From positions 1 through 64,000 of the IMG/VR virus record IMGVR_UViG_3300037400_001273: a DNA stretch of 64,000 bases; one strand, written 5' to 3'. Shown here piece by piece: positions 1 to 12,567 of the stretch. The stretch's first letter is position 1. Each line of letters begins with the position of its first letter. The notes under the pieces are model-generated. The model had not been told where the DNA came from, did not search any database, and saw nothing but the letters and a program-made list of their open reading frames with translations. The DNA is from a virus (Duplodnaviria > Caudoviricetes). Both the position numbers and the translations under genes were made by a program.

Positions 1-1283
1 AAAACAGCTGATAAATATCTTTGAGGATTTTTTCTAATTCTATTTATAACTTGTGTAAAAGTTAAACCTTGCACAGCGTTCCATGTTAAAGGAGAAAGTA
101 TTTCATCAAGACCTTTTCTATCTATTTTTATTTTATTTGAAAAAACAAAATTACGATTTGTAACAAAATAAGATGATTCTTTGATTTTAGCAATCATATC
201 AGAGAACTCGTTAAATTGTAAATATCCGAGTTGTGATGAAGAATCACCATAACGTAGTAAAGGAGTACTGTTTATAAGTTCTTGAATAGAATTATCTATT
301 TCAGAATTTAAATTGATTTCCTCAGTAGTTCTCCAAGTTTTTGTATTATTAGCACCTCTTTCAGCACGTTTATATTTATCTTGTCCACTAAATACCATAT
401 CTCCGAAACTATAAATTTCAAGAGCATCACCATATTTTAATTTCATTAAAGAGTCAAAGTGAGTTAATAATGTCCAAGCATTATAAGCTAAAACTCTTTC
501 ATGTAAATTTTTAGCGTGTTCGTCAGTACTTGTTGGATCGTAATTCATTCCTTCATCTATTTTATCATCAGTACCAAAACTAGCATGATTTAAAATAGCT
601 GATATTTCTTCGTCTAAGTCATTTACAATTCCTGTATAAATCCAATTACCTCTTCCGTCAGGTTTATACATTGTTGTATCTTTAAGCTTTTCAGGATCAA
701 TTTTTCTTAATCCTGTTTTCTCAGTTTTTAAAAAATTAACAACAATATCAAATAACTTTTGTTGATAATTTCGTATATTTAGATTCATATCTTCTACTGA
801 AGATACTGTTTTACCGTCTTCTCTATTAATTAATAAAGCATTTACCAATGCGATAGATGCTTCTTTTTCTACTTTTAGTCTAGTACTTACGGCTGTTCCA
901 TAAGCTTTAACTAAGAAATCTTTTTTAACGTCTTTTCCTAAAGCTATTCTTGCAGGGTCTTCTATTTTAGTTGTTGAATTATCCTCATTTGATGGTCTAT
1001 ATAAATCATCACTTTCCTCTAATATTCCTAAAATATCAGACTTTTTAGGAAATAAAGGATCGTCAAATAATTCATAATCCTCTGCAACTTCTATTATAGC
1101 TTTTGCTGTTTGGTCAAGTGGTAAAATTTTATTAAAATCTTTTATTAATTCTTCATAAGCATCTTTTAAAAGGACAGGAGAAAGGCCAGTGGCCTTTCTC
1201 ATTCCTTCTAAAAATGCATAAACTTCACCATCAACTTTCTTTAATAGTTCAGAATAATCATTGTATTGACAAACTGTTGTCAT
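1..1283 (-). CDS. N-terminal 427 codons of a large virion cargo protein, running off the window edge (absent from ORF track); could be the virion RNA polymerase or a neighbour
   Basis: ATG at 1283 overlaps the TGA of the upstream gene (ATGA); frame MTTVCQYNDYSELLKKVDG... stays open to position 1. No DxDxD RNAP motif in the visible part. Confidence 0.75.
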   Translation of the reverse strand, partial: MTTVCQYNDYSELLKKVDGEVYAFLEGMRKATGLSPVLLKDAYEELIKDFNKILPLDQTAKAIIEVAEDYELFDDPLFPKKSDILGILEESDDLYRPSNEDNSTTKIEDPARIALGKDVKKDFLVKAYGTAVSTRLKVEKEASIALVNALLINREDGKTVSSVEDMNLNIRNYQQKLFDIVVNFLKTEKTGLRKIDPEKLKDTTMYKPDGRGNWIYTGIVNDLDEEISAILNHASFGTDDKIDEGMNYDPTSTDEHAKNLHERVLAYNAWTLLTHFDSLMKLKYGDALEIYSFGDMVFSGQDKYKRAERGANNTKTWRTTEEINLNSEIDNSIQELINSTPLLRYGDSSSQLGYLQFNEFSDMIAKIKESSYFVTNRNFVFSNKIKIDRKGLDEILSPLTWNAVQGLTFTQVINRIRKNPQRYLSAV

Positions 1284-4200
1284 ATTAAATTAATTTTTAA
1301 TGTGTTTATAACATTACAAGCATCTTGTGGCTTATTATCATCTGTTGATTTATTTTCTAACATTTCCATTAATCTATTTACATTATCTTCAGAAATACCA
1401 TAACTTAAAAGAGCACCTCTAAAATCACTTGAACCTGAATACATATTTGTTAATTGTGTTTCAAATTCTTTACTATCAGTTAATTTAGAAAGTTTCTTTA
1501 ATATCATTTTGGTAAATTTATCAGATGTACTTTGTACAAGAGTTAATATTTCCTTATGTATATCATCAAATTCCTTTGATGTAAGTTCTTTATTTACAGA
1601 AGTATTAGGAGTTTGAGGAATAGTTTGTGGAATAAGTTCAATAATTGTCTTACCCTTTGAATCACTCATGTAATTTAATTGATAAGTTTCGTTACCAACT
1701 TTAACAAAAGCAAAACTGTTTCCTTCTCTATCTAATTGTAATTCTGTAATTTCAATTCCTTCTGAATCAGTTATTATCTTATCAGATTTCCATTTGTTAA
1801 ATATTTGAACTTGACCATTAATTATAAATGCTATATTATCAGTATTTTTATTAATCTGATTAACAACATATTTTTTATAATCGCCTTCAATATCACTTGG
1901 AAGTATATCTAATCCTGTTTTGTTTTTAACAGTTTTTAATAAGTTAGCTATATTTAAATCAAAATTAGGATTTACAGAATGTCTATGTATGTAATCTAAT
2001 GTATCATTATAAGCTTTGGTATGTTTATTACCTCTATATTTCTAATGACGTCTTTTAAGTATATTTCCAAGTAATTCAGTAATATTTGCTTGTAGTATAG
2101 GTTCTGTTAAAACTCCTGAAATTTGATAAGAACGTTTATTACCTTGAGCATCTGTTATTGTCCAATCATCATTTTGTGATAATTCATAGAATGTTTCCCA
2201 CTCAATTCCATTGGTTTTTCTATTTGCTTTAAAGAAAACAGATCTTCTATCATTAGATAAACGTTCCTCAACAAGTTTCATATTATCTGTATGTAAACTT
2301 CCAATTGCATTCTTTTCACCTCTAATACTAGATCTAATATTAGGATAATAGATTTGTGCTAAAATTGTTTTAAAAGCAACGTGATTTGGAACGTTACCAA
2401 ATCCTACAAGAGATGATGTTTCTTTTAATTTAGATATTAATTCTTCTCCTTCATATTGAGAAAGATCTTCAAGTGTTTTCTTAATACTTTCAACAATATT
2501 TCCAGTTGTAGCTGATTTAGTATCAATCTTTAATTGATTAATAAAATCATCTAAACCATCTTCTCTAAACAAATCTTTTATAATTTGATAAGCAGAATCA
2601 ATATTACCAACATCATCATGTAAATTTGCAGTTTTTGCATATCTTTCAGCAAGATTTTTAGCATAATCAGCAACTCCGATTTGTGGAGGAAGAACATATA
2701 CAATTTTAACGTTTCTTGGCTCTCCGTAATCATTTAAATCTCTTTTTAAGATACGAAGCATTTCAGATTCAGTAAACATACTTTCTGGATCATTTCCTAC
2801 TAATACGAATGGATGTCCAGGTTTGATTTTTATAGGTAATTCATTACCATTTTCATCAAACATTGTAGAAGATTTAGAGTACATTAATCTAGATATTTTA
2901 ATATCTGGATTTTTAGCTAATTCAAAAATATCAATAAATTCTGGATTTAGCTTTTGATTATGATTTGCAACATAATCAAATCCTCTCTTATTTCCAATAG
3001 GTTGAACTCCTAAATTAGTAAAAGTATTTGCAACAGTCCAATTATTATCATCTATTTTAATAAAAGAATCATCAGTTATGTTAAGATAAACATAAATTAA
3101 ATGACGAAGTCCTTTATTTTTTGTAGAAACACTTCTTAATTGTTCAACATCTGTAATTGTTTGCTTAACATCTGTTAAACCTTGATTTATTAAAGTAATT
3201 GGATTTGGAAGAGATATAAGAGGTAATTCTAATACGTCTTCTCCTTCAGATGCAATCTCTATTGAAATAGTTTTTCTTTGTACTTTTTTAGAATCAACAT
3301 CATTAGAATTTACAAATTCTAATTCTTCATCCTTATGTCTTTGTGCTCTTGTATATTCTCCTTTACTTGAACTTAATCCGTTTTGAGTTTGTTTTGCGTG
3401 ACTAACTAGACCAAATATAGTTGAAATATTAGAAATTCCAAACTCTTCATTTAAGATTTTTTCAATCTCTTTATTAAGTTCAGCTTTATCAGAAATTGTA
3501 AAAATAGCTGTTCTTAAACGTCCTATGATATTTAAATATTCATTTAAAGATCTAATTGATTTTCCAGCCTTTTTATCAAGTTTAACTAAGCCATTTACAC
3601 TATCTAAACGATGTTCATTATTAGGGAAGAATTGTATAGTATCATTTTCAACATAAACTCCAGATTCAAATGTATTGAATGTATATCCAAATGCGTTAAA
3701 TACTTCAGGTTTATCAGCTTGACAAAGTGTACTTATATCAGTTGGGTCTGGATTTATTAATGTTGTTTCCTCTACAACTTCTTCAATTGTTGGCTCTAAT
3801 TGTTCATCAATTGGATCAATGTCTTCTGGTTTTTCTTCCTTATAATATTTTTTAGCTTCATCAGATTGTGCAAAATCAAGTGCGTCTTGAACATTTCCGA
3901 ATGAATTAACAAAAGAATTTTCGTTTATTCTAGTCCAAATATCATCACCTTCAAATTTAACATATGTAATTCCCGCTTGTTGACATATGTCAGAAACAGA
4001 CATAGTGTATATATAATGTCCTTGATTAAGTCCTATTGTTTTATCTTGGTGAGTAACAATAATAAAATCTCCAGGATTAATAGTTATTTCTTGACCATTT
4101 ATATTCTTTACATTTGCAAAATTTAAAGGATCAATTCTATTTGATATAGAATATTCTTTTGAAACAGAATCATAATTAAAATCGAAATCGTTTTTATAGA

Positions 4201-7200
4201 AATACTCAGCTACTGTTCCAAAGAATAAATTCTTTGATTCATATGTTCCATTAGGATATGTTCCTAAGAAGTTTTGCATTGCTTCAATTTCAGCATGGAA
4301 AGCATCTTCTGACATATTCTTAAAGTCTGGATCTAATAAGAAGTTTTCTTTAAATCCATTAGGAACTCTGAATGTAACACTACCGTCTGCATTTTTAATT
4401 TCATCTAGCCACCAATAATTTTTTCTTGCTAATTCAATAGATTCTGCTTTAGTAAAAGTAAATTCTTTATTATTATATAAATCTTCCATTGCTTTTCTAA
4501 ATGCAGCTTCTTTAGCACCTTCTGCCATATTATCGAATGCAGAAGTAATACCTGTAGCAGTAGAAGATGGTGCAGGAGGTGTAGTACCTGTAGCTATTGG
4601 TCCAGAAGTTCCAGGTCCTGTAGGAGGTTCTGGTTTAGGTTCTGGTTCAGGTTCTGGAGTTGGTGCTGCCTTCTTTTTAGGAGCTGTATAATGAACAGGA
4701 TTTCCAGATTCTGTTAACCTTGTTAAAGACTCACGTCTTTGATCAGCGTATAATTTAATTGCGTTTTCACTGAAATTTTCTAAGTGAGTTTCAGGATCTT
4801 GTTGTTTTTGTATATAAGCATCAGTAAATACAATACTACCTTGACTTGAACGAGTAATAGCTGTATAAAGATCATTTGTTAAGTTAGGATTACTTTCATT
4901 TATTTCAATGATATAGTATTGTCCTTCCTTACCTTGTGATGTAGTTCCAGGTAAAAACTCAACATATTCAGAATAATTATTCTTAATTAAATCATATAAG
5001 TCTGAATTGTCTGGATCATAAACAAATCCAATTTTTTCACCCGGACTTAAAGTTGAAATCATTAATTTAATTGATTCTTCAACATCTGATACTGATGAAA
5101 CATTTTTATCAAAATATTTATCACCGTATATACCTGTTTCGTCTTCAAAATAATGTAGTGTTAAATCATTTTCTATACCGCTAGCCCAAAGCTGTGCAGT
5201 TGAAAGATTTAATGTTTTTTGAGAATTAGTTGTTCTCATTGAAACACCTAATTTAGGTGTTCTTATAAAGTTTACATTGAAAAGATTTACAGGTAATTTA
5301 GCACCTCTATTTCCAAAAATAGTTCCATCTTTTTTAACAGTAAAGTTTCCACAAACTCCAGATTGGTCTGTATCTCCAGCACCTAAAATCATTAAACCAT
5401 TTTGTTCAGCATATCTATTTAAATCATCAAGATCAAACATACTAATGTTTGTCATCTCATCAATAATAATAAGTGAATATGGTTTACTTACAGCTTCAAG
5501 TTTACGACAAGAACGGTATTCACCTTGTCTTGTCATTTCATAATCAGCTTCAGGAATATCGTAAAGTCTATCATCGTTTGTACTGTCAATTGCCTCTTTT
5601 AAAGGTTCTCTGTTTACGATTTGTCTCATTCCTTCCTCTAATCCGACTGCTCTTGTTTTAGTAGGATCAAGACCTAAGTTTGTTATTGATTTTTTAGCAT
5701 TTTCAGCAGCTGCTTTTTGGTCTTCTTCACTTGCTGAACCTGCTGCATATATAAATAATACATTATCAAGGATACCAGCTTTACTTAGTTCCTCGTTATT
5801 TTGTATCATTTTAATAGTTGTTTTATAAACACCTGTAGATTTACCAGAGCCAGGAATACCTTCTGTAAATACAATACTTGAGTATTTAGGAACAATAAGA
5901 TTAATAAAAGGATAATCCTTAACTTCCTCTATTGCTGCTCCATAATCAGACCATTTCTTGGTTTCTGAGAAATTTATATTTTGTCTATCAATAACTTCAC
6001 GTCTTTTATCTTCATCAAAAGTTGACCATTGTTCTTTTATAGCTTGACGGAAACCATAATAGAATTGCTTGAATAAATCTTTATTAGCAACAGATGCAAA
6101 GTTTTCATAAATAGCTAATTCTTGACTTGGAATAGGTGCTATTGTTGGATCTATTGCATTGATATATTCTTTATGGAAATCAGTAGATTTAACTGCTGCA
6201 CGAGTAGCTAACCACCATATAAAAGAATTATCATCAATTACTTCTGTAGTTTCAGTTAATAACTCATTAGGAACTTTAAATACATCAAAGTTTTCTCTAA
6301 GTAATTTACCAAGTTTTTTAGATGATTTTAAAGACTTTTCATTCTTTTTAAAAAAGTCATAAACAGCATCTTCCATCTTTAAAACTTCTTCCTCAAGTTT
6401 ATCTTGATCTTCTTTAGAGATATTAAGATTTCTCTTTTCTCCATTAGCATTTAATACTTCTAATGATTCAAGAAGTGATTTTAATTCTTTAACTCCCTTC
6501 CAATCTTCATCATCTGGTGAAAGTGCTGCTACAAAACTATTAAGTCTATTAAAGAATAAATAGTCTTTATTTAAAGCAACCTTTCTTTGAACAGCTAATT
6601 TTTGACCAGAAGCTACACTATATAAGTTTTTATAGAATTGAAGTTTATTTTTAACAAGATTTAAATCTTGTATTAAAACATTAGCAGTATTTGCTGTTAT
6701 TTCAAATAAATCAACCCATTTTTGATTTCCAACCTTATGATTTATTTCATTAAGAACTTTATTATAACCATAAGCGTTATCTAAGTTTCCATCATCAATT
6801 TTTCCAGCTTCAATTGCAGAACGTAATAAATCAATTAAGTTTATTGCTTCTGTAATTTGTTCACCCATTGATTTATTCATTGAGAATTTACTAATATCAC
6901 CATTTGTTCCTTCAAATATTTGTGATAAATCTCTCATTAATTGAGAAATTTTATTATCAGAACCAATAGCTGTTGTAAATTTATCAAGAATTTCTTCAAT
7001 TGGTGAAGAATTTAATTCGTTGAATTTTTGTCTGATTTCTTCAAGTCTTCTAATGTTTTCATATCTTGAATTTAAAAATTCAACAGCTGTATCTAATTCT
7101 TTTTGTTCGTCTTCTGATAGATTTCTAGCTGAACTTAATCTAGATTTAACTTCATTATATCCAGATTGATTAATTTCTTTTGTTAAGATTCGTGAAGTTG

Positions 7201-10200
7201 TTTTAATAATATTTTCTATAGCTTTCTTTATCTCAAAGTTAGCAAAACCTTGTTTCATATAAGGTGCAACAAGGTCATCTATAGATTTAGTAATTTGTTC
7301 AGCAACTAATGACTTTTTCTTTTCGTAATTAGCATTTCCTTTCTCAGTATATTCTGTTTCAAGAGCTAATCTTTCTTCACCTAAATCTGCTTCTTTTTCA
7401 GCTTTTTCTTCAGGTGATAAAGAAGTATCAAGTTCAACTTGAGCAATTCTATCTCTTAAATTATTAAGTTTTGTCTGAAACTCATTAGATATATTATTTT
7501 CTTCATTAATTACTTGACTAAATGTATTTCTAAAAGCACTATCATTGAATTGAAGTCCTAAGTTTGTATACATAGAACCTAATCCACCTATGATTTGTTG
7601 TAGCCATTGTTCTGGATTCTTTAAACCTTGAATATCTTGGAATTTTTCATACCATTTATTTAAAATTTCTTGAAGATTAAGTAAATCTTGTGTTTTACTT
7701 AACATTTCATATTTAGCTACATTTTGTGCAATTATAGGACTTGCATTTAAAAGTACATTCTTAAAGATCTCAGCAGCATTATGTACTTGTTCTGCACGAT
7801 CCATTTCATTCCAATTTTCCCATTCTTTTTGAAGTAAACCTAACTCATTTTCAGAGATTTCGTTGAAATTCTTTTTAGTTTTATATTCAGCAAATCTTAT
7901 AAATGAAGGTTTAATAAAACTATCATTTATTAAAGTAGTCATTTCAAATAGAGCATCTTGTATAAATTCTGAAGCACGTGTTCCATCAAGTAATGCTTCT
8001 TTTTGTTGTCTAAGTTCTTTAAGTTCACGTTCAATATTTTGGATTTTACTTCCGCTATTTTGTTGAGATCCTAATTGTGCTCTTAATTGATTTAAACTTT
8101 CTTTTAAAGCAACTTGTTCTTCATCTGTTGCAGTTTGAAGTTTAGTTTGAATATCATTAATTTGTTGTTGTAATAATTGTTTTTGATTTTCAGCAATATC
8201 AATTTGAGCATTAGCTGGAGTATTATTTTCAGTTTCACTTGAAGTTACTTTTCCCTTCTCAGCTAATAACATTGCATTAGCTTGAATAAGTTTAGCACCT
8301 AAAGAATTAAATTCTTGTAAATAACGTCCAGCAGTAGCAGATCTTTGTAATAGTCCAAATTTAATATCAGGTAATAAATCAGTTTGTTTTGATAAGAATG
8401 AATCATCACTCATTTTAATTCCTTCTGCTGAAAGAACATCATCAAATAATTTAATTTGAGCATAAATAGCATCCTTAGCAGCCTTATCTTGGTTATCTTC
8501 AGATGTACCTTGATCCCAAACATAATTATCATCTTCTTTTGTAAAATGACGTGCTGAAAGATTCTTATCACCAAGAGTCATTTCATCAACAGTCTTTAAA
8601 AAATCTTGAGTTTGTCCATTTCTTACCATATAGATAAGTTCTTGAACAGCTTGGTCAAATTCCATATGGTCAAGCTTTTTCATATTTCTCATATTATCAA
8701 GACTGAATCCGGCTGCACCACCACCAATAAAGCCTCCAACAAAGTTCATTGAATAGCGATTAAGAATTTTCTCCCAATCACCATTATCAAATGCTTCAAG
8801 ACGTGTATCATCACCTCTTAACCATCCAATAGTATTGAAGCAAGCTTTACTGAAATCTGCTAAGAATTCTTCTGATACTTCTTCAGTACCCTCACCAAGA
8901 GCATTAGCAAAAGCAGCTTTTATTGTTTTATCACCTGTTGATTTATAACCTGTATATAAATCTTTAGCTGTATTCTTACCTATATTAAATATTTTTTTAG
9001 CTAAATTTTTTTTAGCAGCCTCTTCTGCACGTTTTACACTACCAGGAACTAATTCTAATGCTGCTTTCTCAGTTTCTTTTTTAACTTTTACTAAAGCATC
9101 AGCAATAGCCTTTTGATGTAGTTTTTCATAACGAAGTTCTGGGAATAACCATTCACCAATACCTGTATTTAATATTGCAGCTTCTCCAGCAGAATATCCT
9201 AATGTAAGAAGAGCGGCTTCTACAGGTGTAGCACCTTGTAATTTAGCTTCTCCATATGTATCACCAGTAGTGATAGCAGTCATATATGTTTTAGATAGAA
9301 GTTCTCCTATCTTATTGTAACCTTTAACGTAAGAATCAAGTTCTGAAGTAGCACGAGCTTGTCTTATTAAAGCAAGTTCTCTAGCGGCTCTTTGTAAATC
9401 AACTATATTTTTACCTGACTTTACTAATTCATCAATTTTAGATTGGTCAAGTTTAGCTAAATCAGCTTCAATTTGAGCTAATTTAGATTGATAATTACCG
9501 TTATTTACTATTCCGTACTTATTCTTAAAGATAAGTGGAGCTTTCTCAAATAAGAATCTTTGTTCTTTAAATTGAGCCATTACATCTCCAACTAATCCAA
9601 TTAAATTCTCCATAGTCCAAGTATGTTGTTGAGAATACTCTGAAACAGCACCTTGTCTACTTATTGACTTAGAAAATCCTTCTAATTCAGAGAATGTATT
9701 GTGAAGTGAACCAAATGCACCTGTACTTTCTGATACCATTTTACCAAGAGTTCCAAGTAATCCAGCAGTTTGTCCCGCTAAACCTAAGAAAGTTACAGCT
9801 GGTCCAACATAAGGAATAAACATAGAACCTACAAGTGCGGTATTTTTCATTACAGTTCCACCAACACTTTTATCTTTACCATCAGAGTCGAAGAAATCAT
9901 ATTTATTCCATTCTGAACCATCTGTGGTTAAAGTATTCATTTTATTAAGAACTCTTCTTCCATATACATCTCTACCATCAAGATTTTCATAATAGAAATT
10001 ACCAGAAGAATTAAGTTTTAAATCACCTTTTTTATGTGTTTCTTTCTCACCTGTAACAGGATTTAAATGTTCACCATCTTCATCCCATTGTGCAGCTACA
10101 CGAGTTTCCCAGAAATTACTAAACCAAGAATCATTTGGTGCATCTTGCCATTTAGCTTTAGATTCATCAATAGTTCCATCAGGTCTTGTTGCTTCTACAG

Positions 10201-10657
10201 GATTAGCAAGAACTTTTTCTCTTTGTGCAAGTTCATCCCAAGTATAAGGAGATTCTTCAGTCTTTCCTAAGCGAACAATACTTTGTGTATTTCTATATGG
10301 ATTAGATTGTTTAATCCAATTTATTTCTGGACCTTTTTGTCTTTGGTCTACTGGGGCAAATATGTTATCTCTATGATAAACACGGCTTTTCTTTGCTAAA
10401 TCATCTGTATATTGATCAGAACTCATCACATTATACACATTTTTAGCAGTTTGATAGAAATCATGAAATTTAGTTTTACTAAAGTTTCCCATGTCATCTT
10501 TAAACATTGCCATGTTTTGTATTTTTTGAGAATTTAAATATTTCTCTTCGCTTTCTAAAGCAGTATTATCAGCTGTTAATCCAACTGTCTTTAGATTACC
10601 TAAAGACAGTCCTGGATTTCCAGCCATATTTAGTATTAAATCATAACTTTTTTCCAT
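1280..10657 (-). CDS. Giant virion cargo/ejection protein (3125 aa) with central SF1 (RecD/Dda-like) helicase domain
   Basis: ORFs 2042..10657 and 1280..1669 are in one frame joined through a single TAG at 2042. Motifs GIPGSGKST, IIIDE, GAGDTDQ, TTSQGKE, LYTAITRS; N-terminal hydrophobic hairpin, coiled coils, Pro-rich linker. Confidence 0.85.
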
Positions 10658-12567
10658 TATTCATCAAGACGACCTTGTAACTAAGTTATTTCTTGTAAAT
10701 CGTGATCTTGTTGTAATCCCGCTATTTCTTCTGCTTCATCAATACGTGGATGTTGATTATCTCCAGCCATAGCAGCCATTTCATCGGCAATAATTGGAAT
10801 AAATATGGTACCTTTAAACATTTGATCATGTGTAGACCACCAATGTTGTCCGTTACCCCACATTTTATCCCACCAACTTGACTTATCAAATTCTATATCT
10901 TTACCTTTTAATTCTTGCTGACTTCCACTAATATGAGCTTCATTATTAAATAGCTTTAGATAACTTTCTAATTCTGTATCTGAAACTTCTTTTAATAAAT
11001 TATTAAATGATTGATCATCTTCTCCAAATGCTTTACTTAAAGCAACACCTTGCATAACACCAAATCGTGCCCATTGTGTTGTATTTAAGTTTCCACCTGC
11101 ATCATATTTAATAGGTAGATTATATTTAGCATATATTTTATTAATTGCTTCCCAATCACCTTTTTCTTCTAATTGTGCAGCACGTACTTCTCTATCAGCA
11201 CTTTCTTTAGCTGCAAACATTTTGTAATTAGGAACAATATTTCCTTTTTGTTTTTCTTCTAGGTCTATAGGAAAATCAATAGATGTTACTTGTCCATCAG
11301 TACACATTAATTCAGATAAATGTGCTTCTGAAATTGGAACTCCGCCCATACTAACATTATTCCAATCAAGATTTCCACTAAATCCACCTTTGTTAACAGT
11401 TGCTAAACTACAAGCACCTAATACTTTACCAGTATTATCAGTTAAAGGTGCAGATATACCTTGTACATTTAATCCATCTGATGTTCCATTCATTATTGTA
11501 AATGCGTGTTTTTTACCATTTCCTCTAATGAAATTAGAAACAACACCTGGAGTATATTTACGTTCAGATTCTTTACCTTCTTTTTTAGCTCCTGGTTTAT
11601 TTCCTTCTTCATCTAATAGATAAGATTCATGATATTCTTGTTTAGAAGTAGTTCCAGATGCTACATAATTAGCAACAAGAAGTTGTGCTCCTTCATCACT
11701 ACCTGTTTTTAATTTAAGAACAGATTTAGCATTTTCTGGTAACATACTCCATATATATTGAATAGCTGCTTGTGCTTGTGCTTTTTGAGTACTTGATACA
11801 TTTCTAATTTTGTAAAGTCCTCCAGGTTTTATTTCACCTGTTTTATTATATATTTCTTTTAGAGTTTCTACACCTTGAAGTACAGTATAAGATTCTCTTG
11901 TATTATCATCACTTCCAAGTTTAGTAAGAGCATTTTTAATTTGCTTATTAATTTCTGTAAGACCAATACCATTTGCAGCAATATCCATTAAAGCATCATT
12001 ATTTGCATATGTAGTATCGTATGCTCTCATATAAAGAATGTTTGAATTAGTAAGTGCTTTATATCTATTTTTATTTTGTAAATATTTATCAATAGAAATT
12101 TGACTTACTTTTCCTTCACTATCTGATACTAATACTCCTCCAGAATCAGTAACAGCAATTTCATTTAATCCGCCGTTTTGGTCTAGTGTTTTCTTAATTT
12201 CATCATATTTCTTTTTACTAAAATTAGCAATTTTAATTCCTAATAAAGTATTAGCATATTGACTTGCAATTTGACTAGTACTTCCAAAAAGACTATCTGA
12301 TGAACCAAATAAACTAAATCCAGAATCTGAATTTAAGGCAGATATTAAGCCAGATTGAAGAACTGTCATATCTGAAGGAAGTCCATCTATTTTATCTAAT
12401 GATTTAAGTATATCTTTATCAGTTAAATCATTAGATTTGTTACTAGCACCAGAAGCACGAGTAGCACGTTCTGGCTGTGCTACTGTGCCACTAGGTGTAG
12501 TGACCGTTACAGGTCTATAATACTAGTATGGAGGCAGCCCTCCACCTTGCTATAATTTAACAATCAT
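10657..12567 (-). CDS. Virion cargo protein, 636 aa
   Basis: Starts MIVKL*QGGGLPPY*YY (TAG at 12550, 12523); TAG at 10681 reads through to TAA overlapping the next ATG (TAATG). Confidence 0.8.

Noticed and set aside
4560-4680. PEPEP and similar short repeats (also 40300-40385, 44330-44345)
   Set aside because: Ordinary low-complexity linkers.
1280-10657. Giant protein as the virion RNA polymerase
   Set aside because: No DxDxD catalytic motif found; the recognisable domain is a helicase.
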